Source of the DNA: Felis catus
Taxonomy: Eukaryota
Length of the DNA stretch: 64,000 nucleotides
NCBI RefSeq assembly: GCF_018350175.1
Contig: NC_058368.1
Location: 173,540,001-173,604,000, forward strand
Direction of reading: 5' to 3'
The translations under genes and the position numbers were made by a program. A model generated the notes under the pieces. That model searched no databases and was not told the DNA's origin. It worked only from the letters and a program-made list of their open reading frames with translations. Shown piece after piece: positions 37,201 through 47,003 of the stretch; position 1 is the stretch's first letter; each line of letters opens with the position of its first letter.

Positions 37201-40200
37201 AGAAAAGTCACTCTGAGTTAGATGAGTATCTCAATTGTAAGACACATCCTGGTTCAATTACAGTGTAATAGGATGTGGCCCTTATGCCTAAGGAAATATG
37301 GGAGGTGAGCAGGTGGGTGTAAATCCTTATGTGTTTATATTTGTCCATGGGCATAGAAAGATGTATCAGTGGACAAATGCTCTTTAAATGCTCTTTTTTT
37401 TCAGGTTGACCTGAAAAAAGAAATTAAATATAAGAAATCAATAAAAGACATGTATTAGGTCTCTGTGTATAAGGAATTATATAGTTTGTCACTAAACGAA
37501 AATGGATATATTTAAAAATTTTTAATGTGTATTTATTTATTTTGAGGGGGGAGAGAGAGAGAAAGTGGGGGAGGGGCAGAGAGAGAGAGAGAAAGAGAAA
37601 GAGAATCCCAAGCAGGCTCCAGGCTATCAGCTCAGAGCCCGACAAAGGACTTGATCCCACAACCTGTGAGATCGTGACCTGAGCTGAAATCAAGAATTGG
37701 ACACTTAACCGACTGAGTCTCCCAGGCACCCCTAAAATTGATACTTAAAACACCATAATTAGGGGCGCCTGGGTGGCGCAGTCAGTTAAGCGTCCGACTT
37801 CAGCCAGGTCACGATCTCGTGGTCCATGAGTTCGAGCCCTGCGTCAGGCTCTGGGCTGATGGCTTGGAGCCTGGAGCCTGTTTCCGATTCTGTGTCTCCC
37901 TCTCTCTCTGCCCCTCCCCCGTTCATGCTCTGTCTCTCTCTGTCCCCCCAAAAATAAATAAACGTTGAAAAAAAAATTTTTTTTAAATAAAACACCATAA
38001 TTATATATTTTTAAAAAATTTGCCTGATGAAGCTAAACTATTGTATAGCGTTAGTGTCAGAAAAAGAGGTCCTGTGTGAGAGAGAAAGGACAGAGCGTGA
38101 CCGAAGGGACGAGAAAGGGGACCTGGGAGTGTTGGCAACATCCTAGTTCCTGATCCAGTGGAGGTTACATGTGAATTCAATGCACTTTCCTGTACATATA
38201 TTATACTTCAAAATAGAAAGTCTAGTTCGTGAGTTTGCGCCCTGTGTCGGGCTCTGAGCTGGCATTGTGGAGCCTGCTTGGGATTCTCTCTCTCTTTCTC
38301 CCTCTCTGTCTCAAAATAAAATTAAAAAAAAAAATAGAAAGTCTAAATGACATAGTTTTTAAAATCTGACTGAAAATACTTCCCATTGTAAGAGAGCTGT
38401 AGAATTTGTCTCAGGAAGAAGGAAATCATCCTTTACTTTAAAAGCCCAGGGAGGAGGCCTCCTGACTGTCGGTTAAGCGTCCGACTTCAGCTCAGGTCAT
38501 GGTCTCTCGGTTCGTGGGTTCGAGCCCTGCGTCGGGCTCGGTGCTGACCGCTCGGAGCCTGGAACCTGCTTCGGATTCTGTGTCTCCCTCTCTCTGCCCC
38601 TCCTCCGCTTGCACTCTCTCTCTCAAAAATAAATAAACATTCAAAAAATTAAAAAAAAAAAAGTTCAGAGAAGAGCCATGTGGTTATAAAAGACCCTCAT
38701 TTGGTATGGCTCAGGGAGGGAGGAGCACTGCTCTGAACAACGAAGGAATTAGTTTTCTGTTTCCAGGGAGGTTGCAGAGGGAGGAGTGTGCCACAGGGGA
38801 GGTGAGGAGAGACAGACAAGGGTCAGGTGAACTGACCAGGCTCCGAGTGGACACTTTTGTGACAACAGGGAGTGTGGCTTCCCGATTCATGCTGCAATTC
38901 CTGCTTTCTCCCCAAACCTTCAGTAGAGGCTGGAGCTGGCTGGAGGGGACCAGGGACTGGCCACGGAGAGGGAAGAAGGAACGAGAGGTGAGCCTCAAGC
39001 TCCAAAAGAACATCCACAGGAGGGGCCTCTGGAACTAGCATGGGGACTTGAGCTGTTTTGTTTAGACATTAAAGTCTTACCCCAGAGAATGGAGATCTTG
39101 AAGGCATTTGGGTTGTAACATCTGTGACATTTGTTTGAAGGTATGTATGTGTTTTATCTATGACCAAACAGCTATGAAAATATATGTAAATATCGTTCAT
39201 GTTTACACATTACTTCTCTGTTGTACAGAGAACATTTATAAATATCAAATGGTTGGACACCAGCCCAGGCCTCCAGGGGACGTTGTGTCATCTCTGAGTG
39301 AAATGAGACTATTACCTCCCTTATCCTGGGCATTAAATTGTTACTAATATAACCCTGAATAGATCTCGCTGTCCTGGCAACCACACCCAAAGGCACGTGG
39401 CCTTTGTGCCTGCAAAGTCCATCCCCATCCTTCCCTCAGATCTGGGCATCTGAATCCCAGGACAAACTCCGGGTTTCACTTCCTTTGATGCAGTCTCTTG
39501 TGTTATGTGGCAGCTTGACATATCTGAGATCCCAATTCTGATGCTAAGACAAAGACTGTGGCTTGTCCCCCAGTAGTCATACTCCTCCTTTCCCTCAGAG
39601 TAAGAGAAGCCCAGATTCTGAGCTGGTTACATGGTCAACCAGAGCAAAGACTTCATTTCCCAGGTTCCCTTGAAGCTAGGTGTGGATATGATGCTAAAAT
39701 CTGTGTGTGTGGAGTCTGGAGCCTGTCCTTAGGACAAAGGGCCAAACTCACGTTGCCCCTTCCTCCTCTGGCTGGCTGGAATAGGGTGAGGCATGAGCCA
39801 TCTTGGACCACGTGGATGAGGGCCGCACCTGAGGGAAGGCAGAACCTGGACGTGGAAGGAGGGAGGGTGCCTGACACCAGGAGCATAGAGTTGGGAACAG
39901 CCTACTGTTCTCATGGAACAGAACCCCAGACAGCCCTGGACTTGTTGCTGTAGATGGCTATATGAGAGAATTATAAACCTTGACCTTGTTTACACCTTGG
40001 TTGTTTGGGGTCTATAATGTACAGCTGAGCCTATAGCCCAGTGAAAATAGTCATCTTTGTTTCTGCTTCTCCAATCCACATCCTGCTGGGAATTTGGTAT
40101 TCAGTTCCTATGGTTCCTCCAAAACGATATTTCCCAAATGTCATCCCCTCTTATACGCTGCCACCATCTTTTTTTAATTTTTTTTTTATTTTTTTAACGT

Positions 40201-41394
40201 TTATTTATTTTTGAGACAGAGAGAGACAGAGCATGAACAGGGAGGAGCAGAGAGAGAGGGAGACACAGAATCTGAAACAGGCTCCAGGCTCTGAGCTGTC
40301 AGCACAGAGCCCGACGCGGGGCTTGAACTCACGGACTGTGAGATCATGACCTGAGCCGAAGTCGGACGCTTAACCGACCGAGTCACCCAGGCACCCCTGC
40401 CACCATCTTTACCATAACCAAATATCTCATTATTTACGATCCTTCTTTTAATCCACTTATCATTTCATGTAAGTACATTTATTTTAAAAGCAAGCTTTAG
40501 ATCGTGGCTGTAAATAGAAATCCATTTCACTTGCCATAGATAGAAAGTAACTCTACAAACAAAGGCAATAAAAATAAGCAAACTTATTAACTTCTGGAGA
40601 GAAGTGTGTGAAAGGCTCTGAGTCTGAAACCTACTCTCTGTTTAGGGGCTAAAAACAGGGACTGGAGGGAGGTTAGCAAGTGGGAGAGTTGGAAGAGAAA
40701 GAATTGTCCCAAGTGGATCCTTTCTCCTTGGGGAAATCAGAAACACCAGAAAGTGATGGGAAACAGGAGGAATGTTCTCATGGGGTGTCTTGGTTATTTG
40801 ATGTTGTGTGAGGGCCCTGACGCAAAAGCTGAAGAGGAGGAGAAAACAGATTTCTGGAACTGACTCCCATCAGTCCACCTTTGCCCCTTGATGAGCCACG
40901 CAGCTGCAAGGATGGGGAGCTAGCTCCTAAGGGAGACCCTGGCACCCTCTTTGGGTAAGGGTTTGGCACAGTCTCTGCACAGGGATGGTTACTCACCCAC
41001 TGGTAGGTCCTCAGGCAAGTTCACTCTCGTCATGTTTCCTGAGAACACTGGGGCCACATTGGCTGCCACTGTAGGAACATAGATCACTGGAACACCTGGT
41101 TGCCATTGCAAAGCCTGACCCCCACCAGCCCCTGTGGGAGCCCATACCAGTCCCAACCTTCAGCCAAGCTCACCCGCCAGGGCCTGTATTGCTCCCCAGG
41201 CCTCCCCAAGGCAGCCAAGCATGAGGCTGGGTCGTAGGAGCTGGGAGTTTGCTGATAAGACAGTGCCCCTTCCTTCTGGAAGGTCCTGCCAAGGATCCCC
41301 AGGTTAATGCTACTCTGATAAGGGAGGAGAGGCACCCACCGGACACCATGAGGGTAGGAAACAGGAAGCAGGACAGCCACAACCATGCCATCAT
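16092..41394 (-). CDS. CDHR2: Cadherin-related family member 2 (protocadherin-24), spliced CDS of 31 coding exons, about 1308-1309 aa
   Basis: Signal peptide MAWLWLSCFLFPTLMVS, cadherin motifs (LDYE, LDRE, DxNDN, DPD), TM VIIGLGVALLLVIVIMTVALVC, C-terminal DTTDL; exon phases are consistent and total 3927 nt from the ATG at 41391. Confidence 0.96.
17288..17345 (-). CDS. CDHR2: CDHR2 coding exon 30 (ends at a GC donor)
   Basis: LNSLDDNSVDLEKDKQKTK, 58 nt, donor AAG|GCAAGA. Confidence 0.88.
17471..17551 (-). CDS. CDHR2: CDHR2 coding exon 29
   Basis: ANPMLNLPTKDLNFESLSSSSDLDHM, 81 nt. Confidence 0.92.
17633..17746 (-). CDS. CDHR2: CDHR2 coding exon 28
   Basis: YHRKLRAMKAAKEARRTAAGVMPSASAIPGTNMYTTE, 114 nt. 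Confidence 0.93.
18279..18403 (-). CDS. CDHR2: CDHR2 coding exon 27 (transmembrane)
   Basis: GSQESQESDL...VIIGLGVALLLVIVIMTVALVCTRK, 125 nt. Confidence 0.93.
18486..18546 (-). CDS. CDHR2: CDHR2 coding exon 26
   Basis: MIRNDQDSLTRLLQLGLVVL, 61 nt. Confidence 0.92.
18641..18718 (-). CDS. CDHR2: CDHR2 coding exon 25
   Basis: ARGRSYLDAYFVFSNGSALTLDELS, 78 nt. Confidence 0.92.
18822..18890 (-). CDS. CDHR2: CDHR2 coding exon 24
   Basis: ALIQATRTTVYVVSIQDIESMT, 69 nt. Confidence 0.9.
19341..19429 (-). CDS. CDHR2: CDHR2 coding exon 23
   Basis: LFTVDQSYRVRLQFSMNKEEVGANMEEIT, 89 nt. Confidence 0.92.
19514..19622 (-). CDS. CDHR2: CDHR2 coding exon 22
   Basis: LVTNLDSTLQGTYQVTVEARDRP...ITLN, 109 nt. 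Confidence 0.92.
19772..19923 (-). CDS. CDHR2: CDHR2 coding exon 21
   Basis: AKDDDSGNNGAILFSI...VFIGNI, 152 nt. Confidence 0.92.
20196..20232. repeat. (CA)n microsatellite
   Basis: Directly visible. Confidence 0.95.
21305..21354 (-). CDS. CDHR2: CDHR2 coding exon 20
   Basis: IIPELVVPNQQVASVQ, 50 nt. Confidence 0.9.
21778..21849 (-). CDS. CDHR2: CDHR2 coding exon 19
   Basis: SLAITIEDTNDNKPYFLPDNKTF, 72 nt. Confidence 0.92.
22622..23227 (-). CDS. CDHR2: CDHR2 coding exon 18
   Basis: ELVGVLKAWDADQTEANN...LDYETQP...IDYETC...AYSDN, 606 nt. Confidence 0.94.
23376..23445 (-). CDS. CDHR2: CDHR2 coding exon 17
   Basis: DINDNLPVFNQSIYSFSVKERDP, 70 nt. Confidence 0.92.
25030..25510 (-). mobile_element. 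Tigger-family non-autonomous DNA transposon (MER44-like)
   Basis: Inverted termini TACAGT...CCTTATCTGTGG and CCGTGGATAAGGGGG...ACTGTA with TA flanks; GGAAAGCGAAACCGTGGATAAGGGGG matches the recalled MER44 end. Confidence 0.8.
25824..26063 (-). CDS. CDHR2: CDHR2 coding exon 16
   Basis: AHDNDQPDTNN...LDREAI...ITINVE, 240 nt. Confidence 0.93.
26441..26920 (+). mobile_element. Two tandem Can-SINEs (26441-26669 and 26693-26920)
   Basis: Two SINEC heads; TSDs CAAAATTCAAAAACA and AAACAAGTA. Confidence 0.92.
28514..28754 (-). CDS. CDHR2: CDHR2 coding exon 15
   Basis: ADVFEVDPDSG...LDREKQ...DVNDNPP...VTIQ, 241 nt. Confidence 0.93.
28761..28940. mobile_element. MER53-like palindromic hAT MITE
   Basis: GGGTGGCCAGAGTGAGCAAACAAAAATGTAGGATGCCCACTCAAATTTGAATTTCAG...TATGTCCCA..AATATTTG...TCTGAAATT matches the recalled MER53 consensus. 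Confidence 0.8.
29023..29084 (-). CDS. CDHR2: CDHR2 coding exon 14
   Basis: AFDPDTGDGGRITYSLLPGN, 62 nt. Confidence 0.92.
29363..29524 (-). CDS. CDHR2: CDHR2 coding exon 13
   Basis: VVATDSVSG...DVNDHRPTF...NSIH, 162 nt. Confidence 0.93.
29606..29761 (-). CDS. CDHR2: CDHR2 coding exon 12
   Basis: GSNGTFLLSM...VDYEKQTVMLVQ, 156 nt. Confidence 0.93.
30090..30700. repeat. C/A-rich, G-poor low-complexity tract with degenerate CTCAACACCA units
   Basis: Strong strand skew and a recurring motif, directly visible. Confidence 0.7.
30793..31026 (-). CDS. CDHR2: CDHR2 coding exon 11 (ends at a GC donor)
   Basis: ATEKHQNIYG...DVNDHKPEF...YDPDK, 234 nt, donor AAG|GCAGGT. Confidence 0.9.
31148..31263 (-). 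CDS. CDHR2: CDHR2 coding exon 10
   Basis: STRPGLFDIRPDG...LDREQLLEEDEEVKVRVT, 116 nt. Confidence 0.92.
31352..31427 (-). CDS. CDHR2: CDHR2 coding exon 9
   Basis: GTSVLKVEAVDSDRGINSQMIYSIS, 76 nt. Confidence 0.92.
31516..31662 (-). CDS. CDHR2: CDHR2 coding exon 8
   Basis: DSGGIYNN...VVDQPDLDPQFIREFYSASVAEDAPQ, 147 nt. Confidence 0.93.
31733..31858 (-). CDS. CDHR2: CDHR2 coding exon 7
   Basis: VIPSTGDSQHLFRILPNGS...FYQLELEAC, 126 nt. Confidence 0.93.
32420..32509 (-). CDS. CDHR2: CDHR2 coding exon 6
   Basis: TLPVGSLVFSVMAKDPDTESAGAVVYSIQA, 90 nt. Confidence 0.93.
32800..33525. mobile_element. L2 LINE 3' fragment
   Basis: ACTCCCCTGCTCAAAC, AGAATGTGAGCT, CATAGTAGGTGCTC L2-type motifs. Confidence 0.6.
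33640..34110. mobile_element. MaLR LTR (MLT1-like) fragment
   Basis: GGGCACATGACCCAA...AGCCAATGAGATTC...CCTGAATCCAGCCATGCCTAAAG. Confidence 0.55.
34258..34287. repeat. (CA)n microsatellite next to a CDHR2 donor
   Basis: Directly visible; reads as (UG)n in the pre-mRNA about 20 nt after the donor. Confidence 0.95.
34307..34396 (-). CDS. CDHR2: CDHR2 coding exon 5
   Basis: VQKEMHVIVEDRNDNAPVFQNTGFSTKINE, 90 nt. Confidence 0.93.
35665..35718 (-). CDS. CDHR2: CDHR2 coding exon 4
   Basis: TLYLFAITISVSDGRNNP, 54 nt. Confidence 0.88.
35836..35975 (-). CDS. CDHR2: CDHR2 coding exon 3
   Basis: AEAFWLVAQDRDQDPLTYG...LDYE, 140 nt. Confidence 0.93.
37520..37985. mobile_element. Head-to-head inverted Can-SINE pair (37520-37732 minus, 37762-37985 plus)
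   Basis: SINEC consensus on both strands; the plus copy has TSD AAAACACCATAATTA. Confidence 0.92.
38226..38662 (+). mobile_element. Truncated Can-SINE (38226-38335) and Can-SINE (about 38455-38662)
   Basis: SINEC body, (CT)n and A-tails. Confidence 0.85.
39556..40050. mobile_element. MaLR LTR (MLT1-like)
   Basis: AAAGACTTCATTTCCCAGGTTCCCTTGAAGCTAGGTGTGG and TTTGGGGTCT...ACAGCTGAGCC motifs. Confidence 0.55.
40168..40397 (-). mobile_element. Can-SINE with TSD
   Basis: Reverse SINEC; TSD TGCCACCATCTTT. Confidence 0.93.
40997..41068 (-). CDS. CDHR2: CDHR2 coding exon 2
   Basis: AANVAPVFSGNMTRVNLPEDLPV, AG/GT bounded, 72 nt. Confidence 0.92.
41340..41394 (-). CDS. CDHR2: CDHR2 coding exon 1 (signal peptide; exon begins at 41406; tandem ATGs at 41394 and 41391)
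   Basis: MMAWLWLSCFLFPTLMVS, acceptor CTAG, donor G|GTGGGT. Confidence 0.9.
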
Positions 41395-41819
41395 GTCTGG
41401 AAGGACCTAGGAGAAGAGGTGTCAGGGAAGAGGCACCTATACACAAGCCTCCCTCCCTTTGGCGGACCCCCCATCTGTCTGGGTCTGACCCAGGCCACCC
41501 ACAACTACCATCAGCAGCTCTCCTAAAGGGCCCCTATCATCCTCTGCCCATTTTCCAGATGTCCCATGGTGGGAGTATTGGCGGGAGGGGGGGCGGTGGT
41601 ACCCAGAGGGGTGGGCAAGGTAGCTGAGCCTGGTCCAGAATTCCATTCTGAGAATGACTCTGAACTTGACTCCAGAATTCAGTGTCTACTGTGTAGTAGG
41701 TACTGCTCTAAGCAAATTGTAGGTGTAATCTTGATATTCCTGCAACTATGAGGTGGTTGAGAGAATAAGGGGCTTTCCTGAGGCCACACAGGAAATCAAT
41801 GACAAAACTACACTCTTTT

Positions 41820-41929
41820 GGGGGCGCCTGGGTGGCTCAGTTGGTTGAGCATCCGACTCTTGATTTCAGCTCAGGTCATGATCCCAGAGTCATGGGATTG
41901 AGCTCTGCTCAGCATGGAGCCTGCTTAAG

Positions 41930-41977
<48 letters not shown>

Positions 41978-42402
41978 GGGCACCTGGGTGGCTCAGTCAG
42001 TTGAGTATCTGACTTCGGTTCAGGTCATGATCTCGCAGTCCGTGAGTTCTAGCCCTGCATCAGGCCCCGTGCTGACAGCTCAGAGACTGGAGCCTGCTTC
42101 AGATTCTGTGTCTCCCTCTCTTTCTGCCCCTCCCCTGCTCATGCTCCATCTCTCTCACTCTCCAAAATGAATAAATGTTTTAAAAAATTAAAAAAAAGGG
42201 GCGCCTGGGTGGCGCAGTCGGTTAAGCGTCCGACTTCAGCCAGGTCACGATCTCGCGGTCCGGGAGTTCGAGCCCCGCGTCGGGCTCTGGGCTGATGGCT
42301 CAGAGCCTGGAGCCTGTTTCCGATTCTGTGTCTCCTTCTCTCTCTGCCCCTCCCCCGTTCATGCTGTGTTTCTCTCTGTCTCAAAAATAAATAAACGTTA
42401 AA

Positions 42403-42443
<41 letters not shown>

Positions 42444-42501
42444 AAAAAAAAAAAAAGATTCTCTCTCTCTCTCCCTCTGCCCCTCTTCCCTGCTCATGCT
42501 T

Positions 42502-42550
<49 letters not shown>

Positions 42551-42560
42551 ATAAAATTTA
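41820..42560 (+). mobile_element. Three nested Can-SINEs
   Basis: Heads at about 41820, 41977 and 42198; AAGATTCTCTCTCTC duplicated at about 41927 and 42455. Confidence 0.9.
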
Positions 42561-43789
42561 GATTTAAATTTAAATTTTAAAAAATTGAACACAAGGCTTT
42601 TAGTCTTCAGAATTCACTCCCCCAGCCACTACACTACTCTGCCTATTTGAAGTGTCTAAAGCTAATAGCATCCTTCAAAATCAGGTGCCCGAGGAGGGAC
42701 TGTGACTTATCCAGGACAATCCAGAGACTCTATGGGTGGGCAGGGTCCTTTGTCCTACTTGCGGACACATTTAACAGCTGCCTTTTCAGCCTTTCCCAAA
42801 GTGTGCTCTGTGGAACACTGCCCATGTAAGATGCCCTACAGCAGGAGGGTTCCCTGGTTAAGTCAGTTTGGGAAGGATCCAAAACTATGGGACAACCAAG
42901 AGAAAAAATGACCTCAATCTATGGCTGATTCCAAAAGATGGGACCCTCCAAAGGGGAGAGTAAGGAACAAGGGAGAGAGAGATTGGCTTCCAGAGCTGAT
43001 CCTGACAATGAAACAGCATCAAAACCCAGAAGTCCTCTCCCTCTCACCACCCAGCCCTCTCCCAAGTCCCCACCTCAGGAATATACCCATTTGCCCAGGT
43101 TACCCTGACTTCCCTTTTCTGGAGTGCCCCACATCCAATCCACGGGGACCCCTGCATTTCTCTCCATCCCACAGAGGCCACACTCACAGGCCCCCTTCCC
43201 CCCTTGCCAGGCTCAGCCCTCCTCCAGGTCTCCCTCCCCTTAGTCTCTAATCCAGTTCGCTCAGCTCAAGTAATCCTTCCTTGTCCCCTCTGATGACCTC
43301 CCTCCCCTGTTCAAAAGCCTTCGATGGCTCCGCGTTGCCTGAGTCCACACTGCATAAAAGGGCTTCCACAGACCATCCATGCCTGACTGCCATCTCCCAT
43401 GCCTCGCATGGCCACAGGTGCGCCCCGCTTTCCCTCACTGCCAGGGAAACACGGGGGTATCAGGTGGATTGGTGATTTTAAATATCTGCTGACATTTCCT
43501 GAGCACATACTATGTGCTGGGTACTCTGATTCATTCATTCATTCTTTTATAAATATTTATGGATGTCTACCATCCACCATGTGCTATACCTTGATCTCAG
43601 CACTGGGAAAATAATGGCGAACAAAAGACTCTGCGTGCTGCCTTCACCAAGCTCCTGGCTTAGTAAATGAGACAGACCCTAAACAAGTAAACACAGTGCT
43701 ATCTAACTGCTTGCTGCATCCTGTGCTATGAAGGAAGAGAATGTGCCTAGTGTGGGAGCAGAAGGAGGGGGGCCACTTTGGGCACTATG

Positions 43790-45055
43790 GCAGATAAACT
43801 GGGCTACGCACTTTTTGGCACTTCTCCCAGCAAGAGATGAGGACTAGGTCTGCCCCCCTTGAATCTGGCCCATTCATCATGTTTTTATTTTCTCTCTTTT
43901 ATGAGACTTTAACACCTGGGGGGCCTTGCTGGCCTTTCCCAAGGTGAGCTATTTCCTAGAGATGACAAATGACTTGTCTGCAAACACTCCTCTCCTATAC
44001 AAACCAACCAATCCAGAGACGACACCCAAACCACCTCCTTTATCTAACTCACACACCAGGTCAATATTCCCCCTGCCCTAAGTCACCCCAGGGCCAAGCA
44101 CTGGACAGCTAAGGACAGCCCCTAGAGCCTACCAAAACTATTCAAACTACTTAATCCTAATCTTGCTCTGCTGCTTGACCTGAAGCTTCCTTCCCATGGA
44201 AAATGCACTGAGGCTCTGGGTCATGCTTTCTCCTCCTTCCTGCCTCCTGGCCAAAAGCTTCCCCATGTGGCCCTGCATGGTGTGGCAAGCCACCTCTTCG
44301 AGAAAACTGTAATAAAAATTCTTACAATTGCCTTCGCCTCTCCATGTCATTACACAGTCACCTCCATGAATTAAAAATCCCACTGGTTTTGTGGGGCGCC
44401 TGGGTGGCGCAGTCGGTTAAGCGTCCGACTTCAGCCAGGTCACGATCTCGCGGTCCGTGAGTTCGAGCCCCGCGTTGGGCTCTGGGCTGATGGCTGGGAG
44501 CCTGGAGCCTGTTTCCGATTCTGTGTCTCCCTCTCTCTCTGCCCCTCCCCCGTTCATGCTCTGTCTCTCTCTGTCCCCCAAAAAATAAATAAACGTTGAA
44601 AAAAAAATTAAAAAAAAAATCCCACTGGTTTTATAGTTAAGACACCTGGGCAGGCCCCATGACTGATCGATAGAATATGGCACCAGAGATGCTATGCCGG
44701 TTTCCAGGCCTAGGCCTCAAGATACTGGCAGTTTCCTTTCCAGTGTCTTGGAACACTCACTCTTGGAACCCAGCAGTCGTGCTGCAAGAAAGCCCAAGCA
44801 GTCTCTTGAAGAGACTCATGTGGAGAAGAACCAAAGTCCCTGGCCAACAGCCTGGTTGAGCTCCCAGTGGACAGCTAACATCCATGTGAATAAGCCGGTG
44901 TATAAACCATCCCAAAATGGATGCTCTACCCCCAAATGAGCCATCCCTTCTGAGCCCTGCCCAAATGGTAGATCTCTAAGCATAATAAATGACTGTTGCT
45001 GTTTGCCAGTAAGTCCTAGCGTGGCTGGTTATGTAGCAGTGGATAATGGGAACAC
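43790..45055. mobile_element. MLT1 LTR split by an ERV1-type LTR (MER39-like, about 43880-44645), itself split by a Can-SINE (44393-44615)
   Basis: MLT1 motifs CAAGAGATG...CCCTTGAATCTGG resume as ATAGAATATGGC...CCAGGCCTAGGCCT; inner LTR has AAACCAACCAATCCAGAG and CTGTAATAAA; SINE TSD AAAATCCCACTGGTTTT. Confidence 0.65.
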
Positions 45056-46164
45056 ATAGGGCTGAGTCTCTGAGAAAGTGACGTGTCTGACAGATAAGGA
45101 AAGGGCATTGTGTGAGGAGTGGAGGAGGGAGCTTTCTGTTCAGGAGAATTCAACATTTATCTCCACTTCTTCCTTCTTGAAACCCCACTCAAATGATGGT
45201 AAAGATTTTAGAAGTTCAAAAGAGTTGATGAGAGATGAACAACTTAATCAAGCTAATGATAGTGAAAACCAGAGTATGGATGACACCCACGAGAAGCCAG
45301 CTCAAAACCCCAAAAAGGCCAAAGCATCGACGGTTCTAGAACCCTCTGAAATCGGAGGTGTGGGATGGCCTAAAAGCAGGAAAATTAGTTGAAAATTTGC
45401 ATGTGGAGCCGTTAGACTCCCAGATACCGCTTCTCCACCCATGCAGTCAGGGGGCTGACATCCCACCCCCCACACACATTAGAGAACTTACATGGAGGCT
45501 ACTTCCTGAAAACGCTGAATCGGAGAGATCTGGAGCCAGGGGGCCCTAGGCCTGGCAGAGGTGGGGTACCACAGCAAAACAGGGAGCTAAGTGAAAGACT
45601 GCACACTAAATGGTGACACTCTCAGCCCCTTGTCCCTTCTCAGTTCCAAAAGCACTGGCAGATGATAGGACACCTCCCCCAACCACCAGAAATTTAAAAA
45701 ATAAAAAATGAAAAATGAAAAAAAAAACCAGAGAAAATGGACCCACTTAAGAGGAAACAACCCACAGATTCTGAAATGTAGGGGCTTCCATTGACTCACT
45801 TTATGGTGCGGCTTCTAAAAGACAAGTTCTGCCTTGCCCCCTGACCCAGAGCCCCCATGGATTTCATTATGTATGAACAGGAACCATCAGACATTGAAGG
45901 GAAGAGAGATGCCATAGCATGTGGGAGCTCCTACTGAAAACTGCCATAGCTTCAGGAAGTTTACAATCCGGTTGGCACGATCTTCATGGCTTGAAGTCAG
46001 GGTGGAAGTATTTACACCATGGAAATAAGCAAACACAATAAATCATGGAAACCTGCACGCCAGTGACAGACACTGAAAAATCCAAACCAAGTCAAACAAA
46101 AATATGGGGAAAGGCAATTTGGGGGCTGTTTGTTGTTATAAATCTCGTAGCATGATTTGAATTT

Positions 46165-47003
46165 TTTATTTTTTTATTAAAAACATTTTTTGATTATTTA
46201 TTTTGAGAGAGAGAGCGCGAGAGACAGAGTGCGAGCAGGGGAGGGGCAGAGAGAGAGGGAGACACAGAAACTGAAGCAGGCTCCAGCCCCTGAGCTGTCA
46301 GCACAGAGCCCGACACGGGGCTCGAACCCACGAACTGCGAGACCGTGACCTGAGCCGAAGTCAGACACTCAACCAAATGAGCCACCCAGGCGCTCCTTAT
46401 TTGAATCTTTTAAATTCAGGGCCCATGGGGCACCTGGGTGCCTCAGTCGGTAGAGTATACGACTCTTGATCTGGTGGTTGTGAGTTCAAGCCCCACCTTG
46501 GGTGTAGAGAGCACTTAAAAATAATATCTTTTTAAAAAAATTCACAGGGCACCTGGGTGGCTCAGTCGGTCGAGTGCCCAACTCTTGGTTTTGGTTCAGG
46601 TCATGATCCCAGGGTTAGGGATCGACCCTGGCATAGGACTCTGCGTGGAGCATGGAGCCCGCTTAAGATTCTCTCTCTCTCTCTCTCTCTCTCTCGCTCT
46701 CACTCTCGCTCTCTCTCTATCTCTATCTCTCTCCCCCTCGGCCCCTCTCCCCCTCTCTTTAAAATAAAATAAATCAGGGGCGCCTGGGTGGCTCAGTCGG
46801 TTGGGTGGCCGACTTCGGCTCAGGTCATGATCTTGCGGTCCGTGAGTTCGAGCCCCGCATCGGGCTCTGTGCTGACAGCTCAGAGCCTGGAGCCTGTTTC
46901 GGATTCTATGTCTCCCTCTCTCTGACCCTCCCCCGTTCGTGCTCTGTCTCTCTATCTCAAAGATAAATAAATGTTAAAAAGTTTAAATAAATAAATAAAT
47001 AAA
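46165..47003. mobile_element. Cluster of four Can-SINEs (46165-46395 minus; 46428-46540, 46547-46773, 46777-47003 plus)
   Basis: SINEC heads GGGG(C)ACCTGGGTG and GGGGCGCCTGGGTGGCTCAG with tails. Confidence 0.9.
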
